Source of the DNA: Kiritimatiella glycovorans
Lineage (GTDB): Bacteria; Verrucomicrobiota; Kiritimatiellia; Kiritimatiellales; Kiritimatiellaceae
DNA: 32,000 nucleotides
Assembly (NCBI RefSeq): GCF_001017655.1
Contig: NZ_CP010904.1
Coordinates: 1,470,001-1,502,000, forward strand
Direction: 5' to 3'
Shown here: positions 9,014 through 16,472 of the stretch, piece after piece
Layout: each line of letters opens with the position of its first letter
Numbering within the stretch: position 1 is the stretch's first letter
The notes under the pieces: model-generated
Database searches by the model: none
Seen by the model: only the letters and a program-made list of their open reading frames with translations
Told to the model about the DNA's origin: nothing
Position numbers and translations under genes: made by a program

Positions 9014-11500
9014 GTGAGCGAGCAAGAATCGACCCGCACCACGCAGACCCCACCGGAAAAACTCAAGACGCGCACCCTTTTCCACCGCAAGTATTCACGG
9101 GGCAAGGACGGACGCACCGCCACCCCCTACGACGAGTACTGGAGCTTCGCCCACGCGGTGCGCGACCTGGTCATCGACCGCTTCGTCGCGACGCAGCAGC
9201 ACTACCTGGACCGCGACGTCAAGCGCCTCTACTACTTCTCGATGGAATATCTCGTCGGCCGGCTGCTGAAGAGCAACCTGCTGGCGCTGGACATGCTCGG
9301 GCCGGGGCGCGAAGCGCTCGGACAGCTCGGTCTTAATCCCGAGGCCATGTTCGAACGCGATACCGAAGCCGGCCTGGGCAACGGGGGGCTGGGACGACTG
9401 GCGGCCTGTTACATGGATTCGCTCGCCACGCTCGAATATCCGGCTTACGGATACGGGCTGCGCTACGAACACGGGATATTCCGGCAGGAGTTCCAGGAGG
9501 GTTGGCAGCGGGAAAGACCCGACGACTGGCTGTCCACGGGCTACCCCTGGGAAATGGTGCGCCCCGAATACGTCCAGCCGGTCTGCGTCTACGGCCGGCT
9601 GGAAGACGTCAGGGACCCCCACGGCGGGACCTTTCAGGTATGGACGGACTGGCAGATGTTCGAGGGCGTGCCCTACGACATCCCCGTCATCGGCTACAAG
9701 GTGAATACGGTCAACATGCTCCGGCTCTGGAGCGCGCGTGCCGCCGAAGGCTTCCAGCTCGACGTCTTCAACCAGGGCGACTACGTCCGCGCCGTGGAGG
9801 AGAAGAACTGGGCCGAAAACGTGACCAAGGTGCTCTACCCCTCCGACAATACCCAGGCGGGGCGCGAACTGCGGCTGATCCAGGAGTACTTCCTGGTGAC
9901 CTGCTCGATCCGCGACCTCGTGCGGCGCTATCTGAAGAATCATCACGACTGGGAAGACTTTCCGGAAAAGAACGCCATCCAGATGAACGACACCCATCCC
10001 GCGCTCGCGGTGGCGGAGCTGATGAATGTGCTCTGCTACGAGCACGATGTGCCGTGGGACAAGGCATGGGATCTGACGGTGCGGACCCTCGGGTTCACCA
10101 ACCACACGCTGCTCCCGGAGGCACTCGAGGAATGGTCGGAAGACCTGCTCCGACGCGTCCTCCCGCGCCATATGGAAATCATCTACCGGATCAATCACCA
10201 GTTCCTCCAGCGCGTCCAGCTCTCGCGGCCGGGGAACGATGCGCTGCTGCAGAAGGTCTCGCTCATCGAGGAAGGCGAACGCAAAAAGGTCCGCATGGCC
10301 CACCTCGCCGTCGTCGGCAGCCATGCGGTCAACGGGGTCTCGGAACTCCACTCCCGGCTGGTGCGCGAACGCGTCATGCCCGAATTCGCCGATCTCAAGC
10401 CGGACCGCTTTATCAATATCACCAACGGAATCACCCACCGCCGCTGGCTCGTGCAGTGCAACCCCGAACTGGCGGAGCTGATCACCTCACGCATCGGCGA
10501 TGAGTGGATCTACGATCTCGAGCAGCTGAAACGACTCGAGCCGGAAATCGAAGACCCCGACTTCCGCACACGCTTCCTCGAAATCAAGCACCGCAATAAG
10601 GCCCGGCTCGCGGAATACATCCATGAAACCACCGGGGTGGACGTGCCGCCCGACAGCCTCTTCGACGTTCAGATCAAACGCCTGCACATGTACAAACGGC
10701 AGCTGCTGAACGCCATGCACATCATCACCCTCTACCGGAGGCTGAAACACAACCCCGGAATGGAGATTACGCCGCGGACCTTTATCTTCGGCGCCAAGGC
10801 CGCGCCCGCCTATCTGCTCGCCAAACGCGTGATCAAGCTGATCAATACACTCGGAGACGTCATCAACAAAGATCCCGAGGTGGACGGGCGGCTGAAGGTC
10901 GTCTTTCTCCCCGACTACAATGTCTCGCTCGCCGAGAAAATCATCCCGGCCGCGGACCTGTCCGAGCAGATCTCCATGGCCGGCAAGGAAGCGTCCGGCA
11001 CCGGCAATATGAAGCTCGCGCTGAACGGGGCCCTGACCATCGGCACCTGGGACGGCGCGAACATCGAGATCGCCGAACATGTCGGCGAAGAGAACATCTT
11101 CATCTTCGGCCGCCGCGAGGAGGAATTCGAAGACCTCCGGCGCGACGGATACAACCCCTGGCAGTACTACGACCGCAATCCTGAACTCAAAGGCGTACTC
11201 GATTCCCTGAAAGACAACGAGTACGAACCCGAGGATCCCGACGTGTTCAGAGAACTCTTTGACGAGTTGACCGCACACGGCGATCCCTTCTTCTACCTCG
11301 CGGATTACAGGGACTACATCGAGACGCAGCAGCGCGTCGCGGAATGCTACCGCGACCGCGAACGCTGGTGCCGCGCCACCCTGCTCAATGTCGCCCGGAT
11401 GGGTTGGTTTTCCAGCGACCGGGCCGTCCGCCAGTATGCGGAGAAGGTGTGGAACCTCGAACCGGTCGAGGTCAGAGACGTGGGACGGATCTCGACGTAG
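9014..11500 (+). CDS. glgP: glycogen/maltodextrin phosphorylase (GT35)
   Basis: YYFSMEYLVGRLL, GLGNGGLGRLAAC, and the PLP-lysine signature EASGTGNMKLALNGALTIGTWDGANIE. The start is uncertain. I prefer GTG 9014, with AGGAA 7-8 nt upstream, over the track TTG at 8921, which would overlap the divergent kamA-like start. Confidence 0.93.
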   Translation: MSEQESTRTTQTPPEKLKTRTLFHRKYSRGKDGRTATPYDEYWSFAHAVRDLVIDRFVATQQHYLDRDVKRLYYFSMEYLVGRLLKSNLLALDMLGPGREALGQLGLNPEAMFERDTEAGLGNGGLGRLAACYMDSLATLEYPAYGYGLRYEHGIFRQEFQEGWQRERPDDWLSTGYPWEMVRPEYVQPVCVYGRLEDVRDPHGGTFQVWTDWQMFEGVPYDIPVIGYKVNTVNMLRLWSARAAEGFQLDVFNQGDYVRAVEEKNWAENVTKVLYPSDNTQAGRELRLIQEYFLVTCSIRDLVRRYLKNHHDWEDFPEKNAIQMNDTHPALAVAELMNVLCYEHDVPWDKAWDLTVRTLGFTNHTLLPEALEEWSEDLLRRVLPRHMEIIYRINHQFLQRVQLSRPGNDALLQKVSLIEEGERKKVRMAHLAVVGSHAVNGVSELHSRLVRERVMPEFADLKPDRFINITNGITHRRWLVQCNPELAELITSRIGDEWIYDLEQLKRLEPEIEDPDFRTRFLEIKHRNKARLAEYIHETTGVDVPPDSLFDVQIKRLHMYKRQLLNAMHIITLYRRLKHNPGMEITPRTFIFGAKAAPAYLLAKRVIKLINTLGDVINKDPEVDGRLKVVFLPDYNVSLAEKIIPAADLSEQISMAGKEASGTGNMKLALNGALTIGTWDGANIEIAEHVGEENIFIFGRREEEFEDLRRDGYNPWQYYDRNPELKGVLDSLKDNEYEPEDPDVFRELFDELTAHGDPFFYLADYRDYIETQQRVAECYRDRERWCRATLLNVARMGWFSSDRAVRQYAEKVWNLEPVEVRDVGRIST

Positions 11501-11511
11501 GAGAGGATGGA

Positions 11512-11670
11512 GTGGGAGGGTGAGTGAGAAACCTGAGACCTGAAACCTGAGTCAGAGGAGGAAGGGGAAGGGTGAGGGTGAGTGGGAAACCTGAGACCTG
11601 AAACCTGAGTCAGAGGAGGAAGGGGAAGGGTGAGGGTGAGTGGGAAACCTGAGACCTGAAACCTGAGTCA
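11512..11670. repeat. 58-bp tandem repeat, about 2.7 copies (two copies identical)
   Basis: Units 11529-11586 and 11587-11644 read identically: AAACCTGAGACCTGAAACCTGAGTCAGAGGAGGAAGGGGAAGGGTGAGGGTGAGTGGG. There is a degenerate partial unit before them and a truncated unit after them (11645-11670). Confidence 0.9.
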
Positions 11671-11748
11671 GAATCAGAGTTAGAATCAGAATCAGAGTTA
11701 GAATCAGAGTTAGAGTCAGAATCAGAGTCGGAGTCGGAGTCGGAGAAA
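11665..11748. repeat. hexanucleotide microsatellite (GAGTCA/GAATCA/GAGTTA/GAGTCG), about 13 units
   Basis: Direct reading: GAGTCA GAATCA GAGTTA GAATCA GAATCA GAGTTA GAATCA GAGTTA GAGTCA GAATCA GAGTCG GAGTCG GAGTCG GAGAAA. It is contiguous with the 58-bp repeat and ends 55 nt before the pfk ATG. Confidence 0.9.
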
Positions 11749-11802
11749 GATTTAAAGTTAGCGCACCACGGCCCTGCGAGTCGGCAACCGGAGCTCGACA
11801 CC

Positions 11803-12924
11803 ATGACCCATCACATCGGCATCCTGACCAGCGGGGGAGACTGTCCCGGACTCAACGCGGCGATACGCGGGGTCGTCCGCGCCGGTCGGGAGCAGCACGG
11901 CATGTGTTTTCTGGGATTCCGCGACGGTTTCCGCGGTCTCGTGCAGAACCGCACCATGGACCTCGACCCCCGTCTGCTTTCAGGGATCCTGACCGACGGC
12001 GGAACCATACTCGGAACGAGCCGCGACAAACCCCATAAAATGACGATCGGGGATAAGACACGCGATATGACCGAGGCCGCGGTGGACACCTACCGCCGCC
12101 ATCACCTGGACGCCCTGGTCTGCCTGGGCGGGGGCGGCACCCAGAAAAACGCGCGGCGCCTGCAGAAGGAAGGACTCAACGTCATCTCGCTTCCCAAGAC
12201 GATCGACAACGACGTCGCGGGTACCGATGTGTCCTTCGGGTTCGATACGGCACTGGGCATCGCCACCGAGGCCATTGACCGGCTTCACTCCACCGCCACC
12301 AGTCATCATCGGATCATCGTGGTCGAACTGATGGGTCATCGCGCGGGATGGCTGGCGCTCGGCGCCGGGATCGCCGGCGGTGCAGACGTGATCCTGCTCC
12401 CGGAGATCCCCTACGACCTCGAGAAGGTGGCGCAGGCGATCCGCGACCGCACGAGAGCGGGAAAACGCTTCAGCATTGTCGCCGTCGCCGAAGGCGCCAT
12501 GTCACGCGAACAGGCGGACACGGTCGAGAACCTGCTTAAGAAGAAAAAAGAGGCCGACCGCAAATCGGACCGGCAGAAGTACTCCGGTAAGCTCGCGGAA
12601 TTTCACGAGGAACACCTCAATCATACCGTGATCCTGACCCGGGAGCTGGAACGTCTGACGCAGCAGGAGAGCCGACTGACGATCCTGGGTCATCTCCAGC
12701 GCGGCGGCACGCCTTCGGCGGGAGACCGTGTGCTGGCCACACGCCTGGGTACCGCCTGCGCCCGCGCCCTGGCCGACGAACGCTACGGGGTCATGATCGC
12801 CGCACGCGGCAGGGGGGCGGAACCGGTCGATCTGGAGGAAGTGGCGGGAAAGAAAAAACTCGTGCCCCCGGACCATCCGTGGGTCACCGCCGCCCGCGAC
12901 GTCGGCACCTGCTTCGGAGACTGA
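11803..12924 (+). CDS. pfk: 6-phosphofructokinase (phosphoryl donor ATP versus PPi not resolvable from motifs)
   Basis: 373 aa. [54 protein letters not shown] and GHLQRGG are the PFK-A family motifs. Confidence 0.92.
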   Translation: MTHHIGILTSGGDCPGLNAAIRGVVRAGREQHGMCFLGFRDGFRGLVQNRTMDLDPRLLSGILTDGGTILGTSRDKPHKMTIGDKTRDMTEAAVDTYRRHHLDALVCLGGGGTQKNARRLQKEGLNVISLPKTIDNDVAGTDVSFGFDTALGIATEAIDRLHSTATSHHRIIVVELMGHRAGWLALGAGIAGGADVILLPEIPYDLEKVAQAIRDRTRAGKRFSIVAVAEGAMSREQADTVENLLKKKKEADRKSDRQKYSGKLAEFHEEHLNHTVILTRELERLTQQESRLTILGHLQRGGTPSAGDRVLATRLGTACARALADERYGVMIAARGRGAEPVDLEEVAGKKKLVPPDHPWVTAARDVGTCFGD

Positions 12925-12950
12925 ACCGTGCGTAACGAGGTGCTTGTCCC

Positions 12951-13400
12951 GTGAGGGTTCTTCCCGCAATCGGCCTGCTGTGCGCCGTGCTCGCGTTCTG
13001 CGGCTGCAGCCGCGAGGCGGGCGAAACGGAGGTGCTGCGTATCGAAGGCCGCACGCTCCGCTGCGAAATCGCTGATTCCGCGGCCGAACGCGCCCGCGGC
13101 CTGATGGGACGGACCGACATCCCGCCGGGCACGGGCATGCTCTTCGTCTTCGATCAGCCCCGCCGACTCCGCTTCTGGATGAAAAACTGTCCGGTGCCCA
13201 TCGACGTGGCCTTTGTAAGCGAAGATTGGATCATCACGGATATCCACACCATGACTCCCCATGACACGACCGGCGACTACTCCTCGTCGCGCCGGTGCCT
13301 TTACGCGGTCGAGACGGCGGGGGGGTGGTACGCCGAACAGGGCATCCGCGCCGGGGACCGCTTCAGCCCGCCGCGCGGCGTACGGTTCGAACCGGAATAA
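12951..13400 (+). CDS. DUF192 (COG1430) family protein, probable lipoprotein or secreted
   Basis: 149 aa, GTG start. N-terminal hydrophobic signal ending in ...LAFCGCS (lipobox-like). The core A.....RGLM.R.......GMLF.F......FWMKN...P.D..F is typical of DUF192. Confidence 0.75.
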   Translation: MRVLPAIGLLCAVLAFCGCSREAGETEVLRIEGRTLRCEIADSAAERARGLMGRTDIPPGTGMLFVFDQPRRLRFWMKNCPVPIDVAFVSEDWIITDIHTMTPHDTTGDYSSSRRCLYAVETAGGWYAEQGIRAGDRFSPPRGVRFEPE

Positions 13401-13498
13401 CCCCGTTCGAAAACACAAGCGATGACTCTCGCAAAGGCGCAGGGATCGCAAAGCGGAATGAGAATAGCGCGGGGAAAGGGATCGTGCGTTTTCTCTTC

Positions 13499-13597
13499 CG
13501 TTCGTAGTGGGCCCGTAGGCCTGCGAAGCAGGGCCAGGGCCGTTATCTTTCACGCGCCTGGCCTGCCGGGGGCAGGCGTGCGGCGCTACTACGAACG
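13499..13597. other. about 100-nt palindromic/structured non-coding element (candidate small RNA or REP-like element)
   Basis: A 12-bp closing stem pairs 13499-13510 (CGTTCGTAGTGG) with 13586-13597 (CTACTACGAACG): 11 Watson-Crick pairs plus 1 G-T. It encloses local hairpins CCTGC-GAA-GCAGG (13520-13532) and GCCTGCC-GGG-GGCAGGC (13561-13577). Confidence 0.35.
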
Positions 13598-13628
13598 ATA
13601 TCACGCGCCCGGACGGAGTACCGCTGTG

Positions 13629-13772
13629 CAGCGATTCTCATTATGGCCGCATTCCGACCGCGGACGGCGTGGCAGCCGTCCCTCCCGAGTCGATATCCGA
13701 CGCATTTTCGGGCACTGGGAGGGTCGGGTGCCACCCCGACCGAAAAGGGTGAAGCCATAATGAGAATCGCTG
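13629..13772. mobile_element. MITE-like non-autonomous element (144 bp) with 19-bp perfect TIRs, flanked by a 9-bp direct duplication
   Basis: TIR-L 13629-13647 CAGCGATTCTCATTATGGC is the exact reverse complement of TIR-R 13754-13772 GCCATAATGAGAATCGCTG. The flanking direct repeats ACCGCTGTG lie at 13620-13628 and 13773-13781. No ORF of coding quality lies inside. Confidence 0.6.
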
Positions 13773-13847
13773 ACCGCTGTGTTCAACCGTTGGACGCGCG
13801 GCGGACGGCGTGCTAACGTCACTGCTTTCAACTGTTCTGGAGGGGGC

Positions 13848-14624
13848 ATGCATCCGGTATTCCTGCAATTTGGCGGCGTCACGATCTACTGGTACGGCGT
13901 CATGGTCGCGCTGGGCTTTCTCGCCTCCGTAGTCCACTGGAACCTGCTCGGACGGCGTGAGGGGCGGCCCCCGGGCTTCGGGGCGGAACTCGCCTTCTGG
14001 ATCATGCTAGGCGGCATCCTGGGCGGACGGCTCGCCTATGTCTTTTCAAATCTCCATTACTTCACGGCCCATCCCGGCGAAATCGCCCGCATCGACCACG
14101 GCGGACTGATCTTCTACGGCGGCCTCTTCGGAGGCCTGGCCGCCTCCTGGCTCATCGCGAAGGCCAGGCATGAGTCGTTTCTGAAGCTCGGAGACTTCAT
14201 CATTACCGCCCTGCCCCTCGGCCACGCGCTGGGACGCGTGGGCTGCTTCCTGAACGGGTGCTGCTACGGAATCCCCTGTCGGCTTCCCTGGGCCGTCCGC
14301 TTCCCTCCGGACTCCCACCCGGACGAGGTCTGGCCCGGACAGTCCCTTCATCCCGTCCAGCTGTATGAATCGGGCTGGAATCTCGCGCTGTACGGGGCCC
14401 TGCTGTTCGTCTATCTGCGCGGGGTCCGGCCGGGTCGGGTCGCGTCGCTGTATTTCGTGTTCTACGGAACGGGCCGGTTCCTCTTTGAGTTTCTGCGCGG
14501 AGACCCGCGTCTGCGCTGGCAGCTACTCACGGTTGCCCAGTGGACCAGTCTGGCCGTGCTCGCCGGAGGCCTTATTCTGTGGTGGATCAGCAGCCGAAAA
14601 CCGAAAGCGGACGCGCCGTCGTAA
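13848..14624 (+). CDS. lgt: prolipoprotein diacylglyceryl transferase
   Basis: YWYGVMVALGFL, GGILGGRLAYV, GGLIFYGGLFGG, GRVGCFLNGCCYG and HPVQLYES are typical Lgt motifs. ATG 13848 is preceded by GGAGGGGG. The track start at 13779 lies inside the MITE flank. Confidence 0.92.
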   Translation: MHPVFLQFGGVTIYWYGVMVALGFLASVVHWNLLGRREGRPPGFGAELAFWIMLGGILGGRLAYVFSNLHYFTAHPGEIARIDHGGLIFYGGLFGGLAASWLIAKARHESFLKLGDFIITALPLGHALGRVGCFLNGCCYGIPCRLPWAVRFPPDSHPDEVWPGQSLHPVQLYESGWNLALYGALLFVYLRGVRPGRVASLYFVFYGTGRFLFEFLRGDPRLRWQLLTVAQWTSLAVLAGGLILWWISSRKPKADAPS

Positions 14625-15529
14625 GCGCGGACGACGGGGGCGCACGCCTCGACGCATGGCTCGCCGGCCTTCGACCCGACGAACCGCGCGCGGAGTGGCA
14701 GCGCCGCATCCGCGGCGGACACGTCTTTGTCGACGGGAAAACGGTGCGGGCCTCGCATCGTCTGAAAGCCGGCGAGACGGTCTGCTGGCGTGCGCCCGCG
14801 TCCTCGACTCCGGAGCTGGTCCCGGAGGATATCCCGCTGGATATTCTCTACGAGGACGACGACCTGATCGCGCTGAACAAGCCGCCCGGCCTCGTCGTGC
14901 ACCCTGCGCCCGGCCACGTGCACGGGACGCTCGTCCACGCGCTCCTGTACCGCTGGCCCGGGATCAAAGCGGCCGGGACGGAACACCGCCCCGGCATCGT
15001 GCATCGTCTCGACCGCGACACGAGCGGAGTTCTCGTGGTCGCCCGCACCCTTACCGCGCGCGACGCCCTGGTCGCGACATTCAAGTCCGGGAACGCGGAC
15101 AAACGCTACCTGGCCCTCGTCCGCGGCACGCCCGTGCCGGCCTCCGGCACGCTGCGCACGACCCTCGGCCGTCACCCGACGCAACGAAAAAAGATGGCCG
15201 TCGATCCGCCGCGCGGGAAAGACGCGGTCACTCACTACCGCACCCTTGACTCCCTGGCCCATGTCTCGCTGGTCGAATGCCGTATCGAAACCGGACGCAC
15301 CCACCAGATCCGTGTTCACCTGGCGCATCTCGGACATCCCGTGCTCGGGGACCGCGTCTACGGAGGCAAGCCGCCGAAATCCCTGCCCGCCCCGGACCGC
15401 CAGATGCTGCACGCCGCCCGGCTGGCCCTGCCCCATCCCCGCACCGGAACGCGTATGGTGTTCGAGGCGCCCGTGCCGGGGGACATGGAGCACATGATCC
15501 GGACTCTACGCTCGCCCGGCACTGAATAG
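14579..15529 (+). CDS. rluD: RluA-family 23S rRNA pseudouridine synthase (RluD-like, with S4 domain)
   Basis: S4-like RLDAWL...R..W.R.I..G.V.VDG, then LNKPPGLVVHPA, the catalytic HRLDRDTSGVLVVA, and THQIRVHLA..GHP..GD..YG. The start is uncertain: GTG 14579 or 14582, with GGAGG 9 nt upstream. It overlaps the lgt 3-prime end by about 45 nt. Confidence 0.88.
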   Translation: MVDQQPKTESGRAVVSADDGGARLDAWLAGLRPDEPRAEWQRRIRGGHVFVDGKTVRASHRLKAGETVCWRAPASSTPELVPEDIPLDILYEDDDLIALNKPPGLVVHPAPGHVHGTLVHALLYRWPGIKAAGTEHRPGIVHRLDRDTSGVLVVARTLTARDALVATFKSGNADKRYLALVRGTPVPASGTLRTTLGRHPTQRKKMAVDPPRGKDAVTHYRTLDSLAHVSLVECRIETGRTHQIRVHLAHLGHPVLGDRVYGGKPPKSLPAPDRQMLHAARLALPHPRTGTRMVFEAPVPGDMEHMIRTLRSPGTE

Positions 15530-15616
15530 TCAGATCAGGATCAACCCTGTTCATCCTCGTCCGCGGGCGGCACTTCTGCTATGACGTCATTCTGCACACA
15601 GGGGGAGACGGACGAT

Positions 15617-16399
15617 ATGGACACCGACCACAAGCGGCGCATGGCGAAACAGATCCGCGAATACGCGGCCTATGCAAAAGACGAAGGCGAACCCGTGGAG
15701 GTAAAGCCGGACACGATGGATGACCTGGAAAAGAGCTTCGAAGCGTCCTCTACGTCGACCGGCCCGGCGGTGGACCCCGGAAGCGTCGCGCCTGCGGCCG
15801 GGGCGATCCTCGAGTACGACAGCCTCGAAGCCGTCGCCGCCGCGGTGGCGGAATGCGAAAAGTGCCGCCTCTGCCGCCACAGAAATTGCACCGTTCCGGG
15901 CGAGGGACCGCTGAGGCCCGACGTGATGTTCATCGGGGAGGGACCCGGCGCCGAGGAGGACCGGCAGGGGCGTCCCTTTGTAGGCCGCGCCGGCAAGCTG
16001 CTCGACAAGATGATCGCCGCGATGGGATTCGCACGCGAAGAAGTCTTTATCGGCAACATCGTGAAATGCCGCGCCCACAACACGTCCACCGGAAAGGACC
16101 GTCCTCCTTCGCCGGACGAGATGGATGCGTGCATCCCCTACCTGCGCGCCCAGATCGGGATTATCCGGCCGAAGGTGATCGTCGCCCTCGGAAAGACCTC
16201 CGTGATGGGTCTGCTGCACAAGGAAGTCGCCATCACGCGCTTCCGCGGCTCGTGGCAGACCTACGAGGGCGTCGACCTCATGCCGACCTTTCACCCCTCT
16301 TATCTGCTGCGCTCACCCTCGCAGAAACGCCCCGCCTGGGAGGACCTTCAGGAAGTCCTGCGGAAGCTCGGGCGGCCTGTGCCGAACCGGGATGGCTGA
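15617..16399 (+). CDS. uracil-DNA glycosylase, family 4 (Fe-S type), with an acidic N-terminal extension of about 80 aa
   Basis: [42 protein letters not shown] and [10 protein letters not shown] are family-4 UDG motifs. ATG 15617 has GGGGGAG 9 nt upstream. The track start at 15581 has no RBS. Confidence 0.88.
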   Translation: MDTDHKRRMAKQIREYAAYAKDEGEPVEVKPDTMDDLEKSFEASSTSTGPAVDPGSVAPAAGAILEYDSLEAVAAAVAECEKCRLCRHRNCTVPGEGPLRPDVMFIGEGPGAEEDRQGRPFVGRAGKLLDKMIAAMGFAREEVFIGNIVKCRAHNTSTGKDRPPSPDEMDACIPYLRAQIGIIRPKVIVALGKTSVMGLLHKEVAITRFRGSWQTYEGVDLMPTFHPSYLLRSPSQKRPAWEDLQEVLRKLGRPVPNRDG

Positions 16400-16410
16400 G
16401 TTCGAAATCT

Positions 16411-16458
16411 GAAGGCTGAGACCCGCGGGACTCAACCCCCGTCCAGACCTCAGCCTTC
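16411..16458. terminator. 10-bp perfect inverted repeat between convergent udg and atpK (possible operon terminator)
   Basis: GAAGGCTGAG (16411-16420) pairs with CTCAGCCTTC (16449-16458), leaving a 28-nt loop that contains CCCGCGGG. On the minus strand the stem is followed by AGAUUUCG. There is no strong U-tract. Confidence 0.35.
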
Positions 16459-16472
16459 GCACGCAGAACGCG

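Noticed and set aside
9095-10438. 447-aa ORF antisense to glgP, plus the 333-aa +2 frame ORF 9502..10503
   Set aside because: The region is fully explained by the glycogen phosphorylase frame, which carries the PLP signature. These are shadow ORFs with Arg/Pro/Gly-rich low-information sequence.
11512-11748. Possible CRISPR array, given the regularly spaced repeats
   Set aside because: The repeats are directly tandem with no unique spacers between them. The units are 58 bp and 6 bp, there are no palindromic CRISPR-type repeats, and there are no cas genes in the window.
11610-11804. 64-aa minus-strand ORF encoding an (Ser-Asp/Asn)n repeat peptide over the hexamer array
   Set aside because: It would initiate inside the pfk start codon region with no RBS. 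Its repeat is simply the translation of the microsatellite, and the remainder is read from the G-rich 58-mer. It is most parsimoniously non-coding, though a secreted acidic repeat peptide cannot be strictly excluded.
13422-13937. Track ORFs in the DUF192-lgt gap (13422..13760 +, 13543..13758 -, 13601..13882 -, 13641..13937 -)
   Set aside because: They have no RBS and Arg/Gly/Pro-rich composition. They run straight through the inverted repeats and TIRs, and some overlap the lgt start. The region is better explained as non-coding structured or mobile DNA.
14365-15493. ORFs 14365..15249 (+, 294 aa) and 14462..15493 (-, 343 aa) overlapping lgt/rluD
   Set aside because: They are alternative-frame or antisense shadows of the RluD-like gene, whose HRLDRDTSG catalytic motif fixes the true frame.
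16396-16410. GAGTTCGAAATC, and GGTTCGAACC at 13385-13394, resembling a tRNA T-loop (GGTTCGAATCC)
   Set aside because: Both lie at or within the 3-prime ends of protein-coding genes (udg, DUF192). I could not build an acceptor, D or anticodon arm from the upstream 60 nt.
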